Virus record (IMG/VR): IMGVR_UViG_3300050514_000135
Coordinates: 33,102-97,101 of that record
Length of the DNA: 64,000 bases
Direction: 5' to 3' (one strand)
Source of the DNA: a virus
Lineage: Duplodnaviria; Caudoviricetes
Below the pieces are notes generated by a model that was given only the letters and a program-made list of their open reading frames with translations, searched no databases and had not been told where the DNA came from. Made by a program: the position numbers and the translations under genes. Shown here one piece after another: positions 53,357 through 62,704 of this stretch; within the stretch, counting starts at the first letter, position 1; each line of letters starts with the position of its first letter.

Positions 53357-54141
53357 GGCGCCACCCATTGCAGAGAACTGATCAGTTCTTCCGGCGGTTC
53401 CTCGCCGAGCGAGGTCAGGTCCTTCACGGGCACGCCGACGAGCTTGGCCGCCGCGGCCTCGATGCGCATCCCGTCGGAGATGCGACCGCCCACGAGCCAG
53501 ACCTCGTCGCAGCGCTTGATGAGCGAGCAGTCCGCGCGCAGGCCCTGCTCGCGGTACGACTCGTCGAGCTGGCTCGCGAGCACGATCCAATCCGCGACCG
53601 TCGAGTAGCCTGACTTGAACGCCCACGCGCACCAGCGCGCGGCGCGCGCGATGTTCGCGTCTCGGTCGGGACCCGATAGCGGGTGCGCGATGTAGACGAC
53701 CTTCATGTCGCGGTAGTGGACATCCGCGGCGCGGCGCTCGTCGACGAGCCGGTTGTTGTCCTGCTGGAGCTGGGTGATCGTCTTTTTTAGACCAACGATC
53801 ACGTCCTCGACGTCGCCGAGTGTTTTGAGCCCGGCGACGCGCTTCCGCAGCCCGGTCACCTCGGAGGTGATCGACTGCTCGACCCAAGTCGCGATCTCGT
53901 CCGGCTTCGTTTCGCCCTCGATCGACCTGTGCACGTTCGTGAACTCGGCCAAGCGCAGGAGCTGCGCCTTGAACGTGTCCCGTTCGACGATGACCCGCTT
54001 CACGCAGGTTGCAGGGGAGAGGTACCCGCTCGGGTCGCGATCGTCGTCCGAGCCGTAATCCTCGTCGTGCTCCACGAGCACGCCCTTGACCTCCGCGAGC
54101 TCGCACGACGCCTCGGTGATCACCTCGATCGTCGGCATCAC
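53353..54141 (-). CDS. Coiled-coil + DUF4406/NDT-like domain protein
   Basis: VVYIAHPLSG...NIARA...RCDEVWLVGGRISDGMRIE. Confidence 0.7.
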   Translation of the reverse strand: MMPTIEVITEASCELAEVKGVLVEHDEDYGSDDDRDPSGYLSPATCVKRVIVERDTFKAQLLRLAEFTNVHRSIEGETKPDEIATWVEQSITSEVTGLRKRVAGLKTLGDVEDVIVGLKKTITQLQQDNNRLVDERRAADVHYRDMKVVYIAHPLSGPDRDANIARAARWCAWAFKSGYSTVADWIVLASQLDESYREQGLRADCSLIKRCDEVWLVGGRISDGMRIEAAAAKLVGVPVKDLTSLGEEPPEELISSLQWVAP

Positions 54142-54383
54142 TCACCACCCGCCCACAGCAGGAGTTCTTGGTGCAGGTTCATCGCGTACAGCACCTCCCG
54201 CACCGGCGCCATCTCGGCATCCACGCGCGGCGCCGTCGGGTGCTTGCCGTACACCTCGAACCACCACGAGCCCGAGCGCACGCGCACGACGAGCACGCCG
54301 TCCTCGTCGAAGTACGCCTCGCGTCGCTCGCGCGGCCGGTTGATCCCCCGCAAGAAGGTCTCCGTCTGGGTCTGTTGCATCAC
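54138..54383 (-). CDS. Hypothetical protein
   Basis: GGAGGA RBS; coupled. Confidence 0.5.
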   Translation of the reverse strand: MMQQTQTETFLRGINRPRERREAYFDEDGVLVVRVRSGSWWFEVYGKHPTAPRVDAEMAPVREVLYAMNLHQELLLWAGGE

Positions 54384-54889
54384 TCCTCCAGTGCCTTGAT
54401 CAGTTGCTTCTTCAGTCTCTCGTGCGTGGCCTTGAGCTGCTCCTGCTTCTCGCTCGCCACGTGCAGAGCCAAGGTCGCTCGTTCGACCTCTTGCTTCTTG
54501 AAGGCGACGTCCTCGTCGGCCTTCACCACGAGCTCGCGCATCGCCTTGACTTCGAGGTAGAGCGAGTCGGTGTCGATCGCCGCGTGCGACGAGCACGCCA
54601 TGTTCTCGCACGTCGCGGTCACGGAATTGAAAGCGTTCGTCTTGCACAGTGGGCAGGCGATGAACTCGTAGTGCGAGTCGTTCCCGTTCCCGTTCTTCTT
54701 CCCGTTGGGCTCGAACCCTATCTTCTTCAGGTCGGAGACCGTGTTCTTGAGCGCGCGGTGGTCCTCGCTGTCCGAGAACACCGTCTGCCTCCCGTCAGAC
54801 GCGGTCACCCGATGGTGGCCGCGCGACGTGCGCTCGACCGAGAACCCCTGTCTCCGGAGCTCGGTGCGGAGCTTGTCGAAGTCGCTCAC
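54380..54889 (-). CDS. HicA-like N-terminal domain fused to a Zn ribbon and coiled coil
   Basis: LRRQGFSVERTSRGHHRV...SDHRALKN...LKKIG; CPLC...C. Confidence 0.55.
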   Translation of the reverse strand: MSDFDKLRTELRRQGFSVERTSRGHHRVTASDGRQTVFSDSEDHRALKNTVSDLKKIGFEPNGKKNGNGNDSHYEFIACPLCKTNAFNSVTATCENMACSSHAAIDTDSLYLEVKAMRELVVKADEDVAFKKQEVERATLALHVASEKQEQLKATHERLKKQLIKALEE

Positions 54890-55899
54890 GGCTCGGTCTC
54901 CCACTCCTCTAGCAGGCACCTGAACACGGCGTACGGGTTCGACCCGACCTCGGCCGACTGCTCGACCGTGAAGCCCGCAGCAGCGGTGTGCCCGCCCCCG
55001 CCGTGCGCCTTGCAGAACGCGCCGACGTCGTAGCCGCTGTGGCTGCGCGTCGAGAACGTGAGCTGGAGCTTGTCCGCGTCCACGCGGTAGTGGAAGCCGG
55101 CGACGATGTCGGTCATCGCCTTGCCGAACTTCTCCTTCTGCGACTTCTCCAAGATCTCAGCGGCGTCGCTCGTCGTGTACACGCCCTGGAACACGTGCAC
55201 GAGCGTACCCTTCTTGGTCACGAACGGGTGCGCCTCCTTGAGCGCGTTGTTCGCCGACTCTACCTTCTTGTCGAAGAGCACAGGGCCGAGTGACCCGACC
55301 GTCGACATCGTCTTCTCGATGCCGAGCGTGAGCGCGTCATTACCCCAGAACATCAGCGCCTCGGCCTGCCAGCACGCCTCCTGCCAGCGCTCGTCGTGCT
55401 TCTTCCACGTGTCGCGTATGCCAGCGAGTTCAGCGAATTCATGAACCGAGTTTTTGATCTCATTCCACTCGTTCGCGTCCCGCAATGGCTTCCACACGTG
55501 CTCGTACGCGAGCCACGCGCCGCACTCGTTCCTGTCGTTCTCGCCATACGCCCCGAGCCCGGCCTTGACGAACAGCATCGTGACGTCGCGCTGGGTCGGG
55601 TGGTGGTCGAGGACGATCGTGCCAGCCTCGAGCCAGTGCTTGAGCTGCAGCGGGTGACGAACGCAGTCGTCTTCGCCCTCTCGGCTCGCGTCCCACGACT
55701 TGATGTGCGGGCTGAAGTCGCAGAACAGGTCGCCGGGTCGCGGCTCCAGCGCGCGATGCTCCTCCGTCCCGTGCTTCACGAACAGGACCTCGACGTCCGG
55801 CAGAGCGTCCTTGACGATGAGCGCGCTCGCGTACCCGTCCGGGCAGTTCGCGTGCGTGATCAGGCGCTTCACCTGCTTCAGTTTCTCGATCGAGATCAC
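54886..55899 (-). CDS. DHH/DHHA1 phosphoesterase
   Basis: HANCPDG, CDFS, VLDHH, RDTW, GGGGHTAAAGF. Confidence 0.88.
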   Translation of the reverse strand: MISIEKLKQVKRLITHANCPDGYASALIVKDALPDVEVLFVKHGTEEHRALEPRPGDLFCDFSPHIKSWDASREGEDDCVRHPLQLKHWLEAGTIVLDHHPTQRDVTMLFVKAGLGAYGENDRNECGAWLAYEHVWKPLRDANEWNEIKNSVHEFAELAGIRDTWKKHDERWQEACWQAEALMFWGNDALTLGIEKTMSTVGSLGPVLFDKKVESANNALKEAHPFVTKKGTLVHVFQGVYTTSDAAEILEKSQKEKFGKAMTDIVAGFHYRVDADKLQLTFSTRSHSGYDVGAFCKAHGGGGHTAAAGFTVEQSAEVGSNPYAVFRCLLEEWETEP

Positions 55900-56087
55900 T
55901 TGAACACCTCCTCCAGGCTGATCACGCGCTTCTTGTCGGCCGCGTCCTGCGCCTCGACCGACTCGACGCCGTTCTCGTACATCTCCTTCATGTCGCGGTA
56001 GTTGCGCCGCGACAGGTAGTGCTTCGTGACGCGCGAGACGCGGTCGATCTCCGCGACCTCGCGCAGGCGCTTCAGCACGGACGACAT
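55896..56087 (-). CDS. Hypothetical protein
   Basis: Overlap-coupled. Confidence 0.5.
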   Translation of the reverse strand: MSSVLKRLREVAEIDRVSRVTKHYLSRRNYRDMKEMYENGVESVEAQDAADKKRVISLEEVFK

Positions 56088-56425
56088 CAGTTCCCGCCCT
56101 TCGCCAGCGCCTCGACGATGTCGTTCGGGACGGCGAACTTCGCCATGCCGTCGGCGAGCCGCGACATCTCCTCGTCGGTCGGGAACGTCTTTTGGAACTC
56201 GCGCAGGCCAATGGCCATGCGGAGCGAGAAGCGCGCCGACGCCATGATCTCCTCGGGCGCAGGCTTCTCCTTCTGGGCGTCGTAGTCCGCGAGGTAGAGG
56301 CTCAGTTTCTCGATGTACTCGTCGAGGTCGAGCTGGCGCGCCAGGTGCGCGACGTCGTAGATGCGCGCCTGGATCTCCAGCTCAGCCTCGGTCAGCGTCT
56401 CGGCCATCGTCGTGCTCTCGGTCAT
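56087..56425 (-). CDS. Hypothetical protein
   Basis: Overlap-coupled; GAGGAG RBS. Confidence 0.6.
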   Translation of the reverse strand: MTESTTMAETLTEAELEIQARIYDVAHLARQLDLDEYIEKLSLYLADYDAQKEKPAPEEIMASARFSLRMAIGLREFQKTFPTDEEMSRLADGMAKFAVPNDIVEALAKGGN

Positions 56426-56688
56426 GTTTTTCTCCTCTGTTGGTTGTCACACTCGTCCACGTGATCTGCCGCGGCCCTCAGCGCGTTCGCGAACGCGCCC
56501 GCCGGCGTCTCCCCTCGCGCCGACAGCTCGATCGACCTGAGCTGCCGGTTCTCCTTGTTGTAAAGCTCCGCCGCCGGCTTCAGGCTCGCGGGGTCGGGGA
56601 AGAGTCGGACGGAGACGGACCACTCCATCTCCATGCGGTCACGGCGCATAGCACTGAAAGCCACGTTGAACTTCTCGTCGACAATCAT
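56422..56688 (-). CDS. Hypothetical protein
   Basis: Overlap-coupled. Confidence 0.55.
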   Translation of the reverse strand: MIVDEKFNVAFSAMRRDRMEMEWSVSVRLFPDPASLKPAAELYNKENRQLRSIELSARGETPAGAFANALRAAADHVDECDNQQRRKT

Positions 56689-56903
56689 CCCGTCTTCCCT
56701 CCGATAATCAGGTCCAGCTCGACCTCGCGCGGCACGAAAGAGTTACACGAGCACGCCCGTCCCGCGCCGCCGGGACTCCCGTCGTACTCGCCGTGCAGGC
56801 AGTGCCGGCGCGAGGCATCCTCTTTAGTCGAGCCCAGGCCGTTGTCCACGAACTCGGCGTGGTCGTCGCGAGGGTGCCCGCAGTTGGCGCATAGGTCGGT
56901 CAC
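56685..56903 (-). CDS. Small Cys/His Zn-binding protein
   Basis: CANCGH...H...C...CSC; GTG at 56903. Confidence 0.55.
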   Translation of the reverse strand: MTDLCANCGHPRDDHAEFVDNGLGSTKEDASRRHCLHGEYDGSPGGAGRACSCNSFVPREVELDLIIGGKTG

Positions 56904-57484
56904 TTGAACTGCCTCCACGACCGCGACGGCACCGGCCCGCGCGCGGCCTCCTCGACGTAGTTGCCGCCGTAGAGCTCGACCTCGCCGTGCACCGTGTGGA
57001 AGCGCATCTGCGCGACCCGCATGCCCGCGTACAGGCGCACCGCGTGACCCACGACCGTGACCTCCAGCGTGTACTGCCCGTTGAAGCCGGTGTCGCCGTA
57101 GCCGGCAGTCTGGTGGATGGACACGCCGAGCCTCCCGAGAGAGCTCTTCCCGTCGATGATCGGCACGAACACGTCGGTGTAGACGCGCTCGACCGTGTGC
57201 ATGAGGTAGAGCTGGCCGGGCCTCAACACGATCCCTTCGCCAGAGATCTTCTCTTTTCGAGTCTTGTTCTCGCGCCGACTGTCGAGCTCTTCGTGCAGCA
57301 CCTTGATACCGGTGACGAACGACCACAGCGGGTCGACCCACTGCTGTCGACGCTCGTACGTCACGACGTCGTCCCCGAGCGTCAGGTCCACACTGTTCGG
57401 GTTCACGTGCTCGGGCACGAACGGGTCGATCTCGATCGTCCCTGCCTTGATGTACTCGCGGATCGCGGGGCCGGTGAGGATCAC
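56900..57484 (-). CDS. dcd: dCTP deaminase
   Basis: MILT...I.IDPF...NPNSVDLTLG, DGKSSLGRLG, AGYGDTGFNGQYTLE, LYAGMRVAQMRF. Confidence 0.92.
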   Translation of the reverse strand: MILTGPAIREYIKAGTIEIDPFVPEHVNPNSVDLTLGDDVVTYERRQQWVDPLWSFVTGIKVLHEELDSRRENKTRKEKISGEGIVLRPGQLYLMHTVERVYTDVFVPIIDGKSSLGRLGVSIHQTAGYGDTGFNGQYTLEVTVVGHAVRLYAGMRVAQMRFHTVHGEVELYGGNYVEEAARGPVPSRSWRQFK

Positions 57485-57708
57485 TTTTTTCTCTCCTTCG
57501 CGCACTTCGGGCACATCGCCCTGCGACGCACACCTTCGCCAGACGGCACGTCGTACAACCACTGCCATTCGTCCGGGAGCGTCTCGACCTCGATATCGAC
57601 CTCGAGATCGCCGCCGCCGATGCTGAACTCGCCTAGCTCGACCACGTACTCCTGCGTGGTCTCGCAACCGCTCATGTCGCACACCGCGATGAGCTTGACG
57701 TAGATCAC
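57481..57708 (-). CDS. Small Zn-ribbon protein
   Basis: CDMSGC...CPKC. Confidence 0.55.
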   Translation of the reverse strand: MIYVKLIAVCDMSGCETTQEYVVELGEFSIGGGDLEVDIEVETLPDEWQWLYDVPSGEGVRRRAMCPKCAKERKK

Positions 57709-58406
57709 GGCTCGCCCTCCTTCGGCCGGCTTTTACCCCTGTTCTCAGCCAAGCACGCTTCTCGCTTTGCGAGCGTGCCGGTCTTCAATGCGACCTCTCG
57801 TCGCGCGGTGATGCGCGCGGTCTGTGCGGTGATGTCGAATCTAGCCGCGAGAAAGTGAACCGAATGGTCAGCAGCAAGGCGTCGAATCTCGACACGCTCG
57901 AGATCAGATAATCGCGCCCGTCTTCGGGCTCTCCCGGAATTATCGGTCATCGTCAAATAGCGCAGATTATCTCGCGCCGGATTCAACGAATTGCGATCAC
58001 GATGATCGACCTCGTGCCCTTTTGGGCGAGGACCCAAGAACGCCTCAGCGACTAGCAGATGAACGAAGTAGCGCTTTCTGCCGTCCAGGGTCACCATCGG
58101 GTACAGAGCAGTGTTGATCAACCAAGGTGCCAGCCTCCCGTTCGGACGACATACCTGGCCAAGCGAAGAGACTCGCGCGCCCGGCACAAGCGAAACATAG
58201 CGCCACTCAGCAGGAAGAATCTCGCCGTTTCGATGTTGCAAGAAGATTCGGATGCCTGGGAGCAGCGCATGCAGCACGTCGGTCGTGTCCCTCAAGGAGG
58301 CGCCGTGAAGTCGATCGCGAAGCGGCTTAGGCAGCATCTCCCAATGCGTGCGACATAGCTCGTAGATGCTGGCTGCACCTTCGCAGACGTAGCAGGCTCC
58401 CTTCAT
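57705..58406 (-). CDS. HNH homing-endonuclease-like protein (NUMOD4/HNH_3)
   Basis: EWRYV...VSSLGQV, VHLLVAEAFLGPRP..EVDHRDRNSLNPARDNL; visibly more AT-rich codons. Confidence 0.82.
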   Translation of the reverse strand: MKGACYVCEGAASIYELCRTHWEMLPKPLRDRLHGASLRDTTDVLHALLPGIRIFLQHRNGEILPAEWRYVSLVPGARVSSLGQVCRPNGRLAPWLINTALYPMVTLDGRKRYFVHLLVAEAFLGPRPKGHEVDHRDRNSLNPARDNLRYLTMTDNSGRARRRARLSDLERVEIRRLAADHSVHFLAARFDITAQTARITARREVALKTGTLAKREACLAENRGKSRPKEGEP

Positions 58407-58551
58407 CAGTTGAGCTCCTCTCGCTGCGGGCAGTCCTCGCCGACCGCGGCGCCGCAGTCCGGGCACGCGATGTCGAGCGTCGCGCAGTCGTGGACCGCGG
58501 CGCTCTCGACGAGTCGTCCCGGGCACGCGGTCTTCACTCGGTCGTCCTCGG

Positions 58552-58878
58552 TCACGGCGTCACCGTCGAGGCGTCGATCGCCGCGTTCCCTGGACACTGG
58601 CAGAAGTGCATTCGCCTGTCCTTCTCTACCTGGACTACGCCTCGGTACACGGAACCGTGCTCGCACGTGACCGAGTTGAAGCTGTCGACGTTCACGAGCC
58701 GGTCCTCGCACGGCGACTCGCACGACGGCGGCCCCGCCCACGCGACGATGATCGACAGCGCGCTGAACACGACACCCACCGCGCCCCATCCGGCGCTCAT
58801 CAACACGTACTTCCACTTCGGCATGTAATCCGGCTCCTTCTCCTCGGGTGCGGCGCTGGTGCGGTAGGGTGACTTCAC
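58552..58878 (-). CDS. Small membrane protein (PYR motif, Cys-rich)
   Basis: MKSPYRTSA; one TM; Cys pairs. Confidence 0.5.
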   Translation of the reverse strand: MKSPYRTSAAPEEKEPDYMPKWKYVLMSAGWGAVGVVFSALSIIVAWAGPPSCESPCEDRLVNVDSFNSVTCEHGSVYRGVVQVEKDRRMHFCQCPGNAAIDASTVTP

Positions 58879-59146
58879 TCTCGCCCCTCTATCGCGAGCA
58901 TCATATCGATCACGCACTCGCGCACCGTCTGATGTCGAAGTTCAGGAACGGCGTCCATTCGCCATTCAACGTCCCAACGCTTGCAAAAGGCGACGACACC
59001 AGGACACGCACACGCGAAGACTTGCTCGTCGGAGACGTGCACGAATGGCACGTGCTCGAGTCTCGTCTCCTTCCAGGCGTCGGCGGTCCCGGTCAGCGAG
59101 ATGGTTAAGACGCACCACGTAAGCAGCGCCAGCGTTCGATTCGGTT

Positions 59147-59425
59147 TCAAGACTTCTCTCCCTCCGCGTCGCACCGGCCCGTCTTCAAGAACCGCTCGAC
59201 CGCGACGTGCGCGCACTCGGGACAGCACGCCATCGACCCGAGCGGCGTCGCGCCGGCCAGGTAGATCCACGTGTTCGGCTCCGGCGGTGTCGAGGGCTTG
59301 GCCTTGCCGCAGACGATGCACGCCTCGGGCGCTAGTTCGGTCACCACCAGTTGTACTTTCTGGACAGAACCCCGACGCCCCAACCGATCGCGAACACGCT
59401 CGGGTACGTCACTAACAGCCACCAA
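59147..59425 (-). CDS. Small Zn-binding protein
   Basis: CIVC...CCPEC. Confidence 0.45.
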   Translation of the reverse strand: MVAVSDVPERVRDRLGRRGSVQKVQLVVTELAPEACIVCGKAKPSTPPEPNTWIYLAGATPLGSMACCPECAHVAVERFLKTGRCDAEGEKS

Positions 59426-59429
59426 GAGC

Positions 59430-59681
59430 TCACGGTCCCCTCTCGTCCGCGCAGCCGGCGCATTGTGTACAACCGAGCGGTATCTTCTTCCCGCAGTGCT
59501 CGCACTTCAGTGTCAAGAAGCGGCGAAACTCAGCGAGTTTACGATCAAGCTCGTCCGCATAGCCGTCGACTTCTTTGAGGCTCTTCTCTTCTTTCGTCGC
59601 TTTGAGCGAGCCTCGGAACCAGTCGAGGTCGCACAGCAGAGCCTCGCGCGGCGATAACTTTCGCTTGAAGACTGTGCTCAC
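59430..59681 (-). CDS. Small coiled-coil/Zn-ribbon protein
   Basis: GTG at 59681 overlaps the upstream stop; CEHC...CTQC. Confidence 0.5.
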   Translation of the reverse strand: MSTVFKRKLSPREALLCDLDWFRGSLKATKEEKSLKEVDGYADELDRKLAEFRRFLTLKCEHCGKKIPLGCTQCAGCADERGP

Positions 59682-60121
59682 CTCATCCTCCCCAACTTCC
59701 AGAGCCCCATCCCGATCGAGTCCACGCAGTTGTGGTCGTAGTCCTTCGCCCTCGGCCGCAACGGAACTCGCGCGAGCTCGGCCGGCGTCAGGCACCGGAG
59801 CACGCGGTTGTTGTGGATCCTCTTCGGCACGCTGCCCTTCCACGTCGTCGGCCACACGGTCTCGACCTGCCCCCGGTGACGGTAGAACTCCTCGATGCGC
59901 CCGACCTTGCGCGCGATCGAGAGCAGGGCGTTCACGTCCTTCTCGCGCGGGCGGCCGAACGGCATCTCGACGAGCACGTTCAGGAGTCCCGCGGTCGGCC
60001 TGGGCGGGGCGTCCATCATCGCCTCGAAGGGGCCGAACCACGCGCGCGAGAGTTCGCCGTCGTGGAACCAGGACCACGCGGAGACCTCGCCGGGGTCGAA
60101 GTTGAGGAGGTCGCGGATCAC
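59678..60121 (-). CDS. RuvC-like Holliday junction resolvase
   Basis: FDPG, VLVEMP, PTTWKG..K, HN.VDSIGM (RNase H-fold acidic set). Confidence 0.7.
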   Translation of the reverse strand: MIRDLLNFDPGEVSAWSWFHDGELSRAWFGPFEAMMDAPPRPTAGLLNVLVEMPFGRPREKDVNALLSIARKVGRIEEFYRHRGQVETVWPTTWKGSVPKRIHNNRVLRCLTPAELARVPLRPRAKDYDHNCVDSIGMGLWKLGRMR

Positions 60122-60293
60122 GCCTCGTCCACCAATTTCTGGAGCGCGCGGCGCACCTTCTCGCGAGCGTCCAAGTCGATGCCGCAGTCCTCGACCGGGA
60201 CCTCGAGAACGATCGGCTGGCCGACGACCTTTCGAACGACGTCGACGGTCACGTACTCCTCGGCGATGGTCGCGAGCTCGATTCGGATGCGTT

Positions 60294-60500
60294 TCATGAC
60301 TGGGCCTCCTTGATCTCGCGCTCGAGTTGATCAGCCCAAGCATGGAGGTCGTCGCTCTCGCGTGATAACTCCCGCAACCGATCGACGAGCTTCAATCGGT
60401 CCAGCGTGACGACGTCCGCGGCAGCGTCCAACCTGAACTCGAGAGGGACCTGCACCTCGAGTGGCAGCATCCGCGCCACGTCCTTCGCCTTCTTGATCAC
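60294..60500 (-). CDS. Hypothetical protein
   Basis: Overlap-coupled. Confidence 0.45.
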   Translation of the reverse strand: MIKKAKDVARMLPLEVQVPLEFRLDAAADVVTLDRLKLVDRLRELSRESDDLHAWADQLEREIKEAQS

Positions 60501-61459
60501 GACCGCGCCCCCAGGATGTCCTCCTCATGCGGGATCAGCTTCCGGTACTGGACCCAGCCGTTCAGGTTACCGAGGAAGTGCGTGCGATCTCCGGGCAGCA
60601 CGACCGAGTCACCGTTCTCGTGGTACTCCGCGCCGATCCATCGCCATCGATTGCCGACCCAACGCCACTTGGGTTGGCTAAACATCGCGAGTTCTAGATT
60701 GGTCATCGGGCGCGCCACGTGCTCGAACGGCGCCATGTGCCCGCTCGCGAGCATCATGTCGGTTCGAGCGATCGACTTCTCAGGGTGCTCGCCCTCGTTC
60801 TGCTTGTCGTACGACACGCGGGCGCAGCGACCGATCGAGATTTTGCACACCGCGTCCGGGAATTCCGACTCGTTCGTGACCACGATGTCGAACGCCTCGC
60901 TGGGCGACACGAGCGGTGTGTGCCAATCGCCGTAGTCCAGCGCCCTCGGGTTCCCGTTCGCGTAGAGCTCCCGCATCGCGTGCGCGAGGTCGCGGAAGTC
61001 CGGGTGCGCGTCCTTGTTGTCGCGCAGGTTGAAGAAGTTCGACCACTCGGTGCCGGTGACGAGCGCTGTGTGAAACATGAACGGCTCGAGGAGCCGGTTC
61101 GTGATCTGCTTGTGGATGCCGTGCTTCAAAAGCCGCGCAGCCTGCTCTACTGCGGCGTCTCGTGCGGCTTCCCACTCAATCGCGGCGAACTTTCCTGCAT
61201 CAGGCGAAACATCCTGCTCGGCCTGCATCCCCTTTTGGTTCTTGCCCCAGTGCGTCGGCACGTACGGGTCCTCGAGCACGCGCGCGATCATCTTCTCGAC
61301 GGGGATCGCCCGCGAGCTCGCGCTGCTCTTGCTTAACATCTTGTGCGTGTTCACCTCGGCCAGGATGATGCGCGGGTGCACGCACTCGAACGTGGTCAGG
61401 CGGTGGCCGGCTGGGGATACGGAGTCGCAGATGATCTTGGAGGATGTTGTCGTGGTCAT
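60497..61459 (-). CDS. thyX: FAD-dependent thymidylate synthase (phage type)
   Basis: RIILAEVNTHKMLSKSSASSRAIP, HKQITNRLLEPF, NFFNLR..AHP, RCARVSY, HMAPFEHVA. Confidence 0.88.
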   Translation of the reverse strand: MTTTTSSKIICDSVSPAGHRLTTFECVHPRIILAEVNTHKMLSKSSASSRAIPVEKMIARVLEDPYVPTHWGKNQKGMQAEQDVSPDAGKFAAIEWEAARDAAVEQAARLLKHGIHKQITNRLLEPFMFHTALVTGTEWSNFFNLRDNKDAHPDFRDLAHAMRELYANGNPRALDYGDWHTPLVSPSEAFDIVVTNESEFPDAVCKISIGRCARVSYDKQNEGEHPEKSIARTDMMLASGHMAPFEHVARPMTNLELAMFSQPKWRWVGNRWRWIGAEYHENGDSVVLPGDRTHFLGNLNGWVQYRKLIPHEEDILGARS

Positions 61460-61713
61460 TTTCCTGGTCCTGGCATCGGTCGTATGGGTCTGTCGACCTG
61501 AATATTATTCAGAGTCTCGAGGCGCTCGATCTCGTGGTTCAGGTACCATCTCGCTTTACGAAGATCCTCGAGCTCGCTGCCCTTGTGCGCGGCGCGCGCG
61601 ATGTACTTCACGGTGTTGCCGAGAGCGAAGCCGAGCTTCCAGTCGTCGATCACGTCGATGACCTCGAACCTGCCTGCGTTGTAGTGCTTCGGGTGGTTGA
61701 CGGAGTCGCTCAC
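61456..61713 (-). CDS. DUF3310 family protein
   Basis: DSVNHPKHY...EVIDVI...FALGNTVKYIARA.HK..EDLRKARWYL. Confidence 0.88.
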   Translation of the reverse strand: MSDSVNHPKHYNAGRFEVIDVIDDWKLGFALGNTVKYIARAAHKGSELEDLRKARWYLNHEIERLETLNNIQVDRPIRPMPGPGK

Positions 61714-61901
61714 GGCCCGTCCTCCAGCTTCACGGTCACGCGCACGCGCTTGCCTACCCAGTTCTCCGGGATGATCTTGCCCGCGCCGACCGCGACGTTT
61801 GCGACGCCTTGGTCATTCTCGGCGAGCACGCACATCTGCCCCTGCGCGACGATCACCTCACCCTTCCACTCAATCTCTTTTTTGGTGCCTGCGTAGTGCA
61901 T
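61710..61901 (-). CDS. Hypothetical protein
   Basis: GAGGAGG RBS; MHYAGTKK. Confidence 0.5.
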   Translation of the reverse strand: MHYAGTKKEIEWKGEVIVAQGQMCVLAENDQGVANVAVGAGKIIPENWVGKRVRVTVKLEDGP

Positions 61902-62704
61902 CACGCCCTCCTCGCGCTCACGACTGACTCCTTGAACAAGCGGACGCCCGGGATCGCCCGGTTGCCCTTCGCGAGCTCGTCCTGGATCTTCTTCGTGTCC
62001 GGCGAGCAGAGGTAGCGGGGGACCTGCTCGGGGTTCACGACCTCGAACTTCTCCACCTCGCGCACGGAGACGCCCTGCGGCGCGACCACGGGCTCGTACG
62101 CCCCCATTGACTGCGTCGCCGCCATCGCGGTCGGCGCCGCGGAGGCGGCCTGCAGCGCCGCGACGTTCGCGTCCTGCTTCGCAGCCATGTAGCCGGCGAT
62201 CTTGCCCTTGAGCGTCTCCTCCGCCTCCTCGAGCGCGGTCAGGACCGGCTTGAAGAGCGCGTTCGTCGCCTTCGCGGCGTCGTTCAACGGCTTCGTGATC
62301 TTCTTCCGCTCGCCCTCGACCAGCGCGTACTCGGACTTCACCTCGCGCAGGAGCTGCGCCGCGAACTCCTGCTGCGCGTCGGTCGCGATCTCGAACGCCC
62401 GCAGGCGCGGCAGCGCATCCGGGTTCGTCCACTGGACTCTCGCGATGACCTCGCGCGCCATGTTCGCCGTCGCCTCGGATGCTTTTTGAATCTCACTGCT
62501 CACGGTCGCCTCCTGCACGCTGCAATTCTCGCCGGTCACCGGCACACCGCACGCCCCGCACGGCGCCGAGAAGTTCGCCGCCGCGTCGTACACGGTCACG
62601 CGGTAGCCTGAGCCGGGGAAGTGCTCGGGGACCCTGTTGGACTCGATGCAAGAGCGGCACGCCGCGTCGCCGCTCTTCCACGCCCAGCCTAGCCAGTTGA
62701 GCAC
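61901..62704 (-). CDS. Coiled-coil phage protein (Gam/Gp157-like C-terminus); start may be 62503
   Basis: RKKITKPL...LFKP...; VPRYLCSPD..KI...IPGVR. Confidence 0.6.
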   Translation of the reverse strand: MLNWLGWAWKSGDAACRSCIESNRVPEHFPGSGYRVTVYDAAANFSAPCGACGVPVTGENCSVQEATVSSEIQKASEATANMAREVIARVQWTNPDALPRLRAFEIATDAQQEFAAQLLREVKSEYALVEGERKKITKPLNDAAKATNALFKPVLTALEEAEETLKGKIAGYMAAKQDANVAALQAASAAPTAMAATQSMGAYEPVVAPQGVSVREVEKFEVVNPEQVPRYLCSPDTKKIQDELAKGNRAIPGVRLFKESVVSARRA

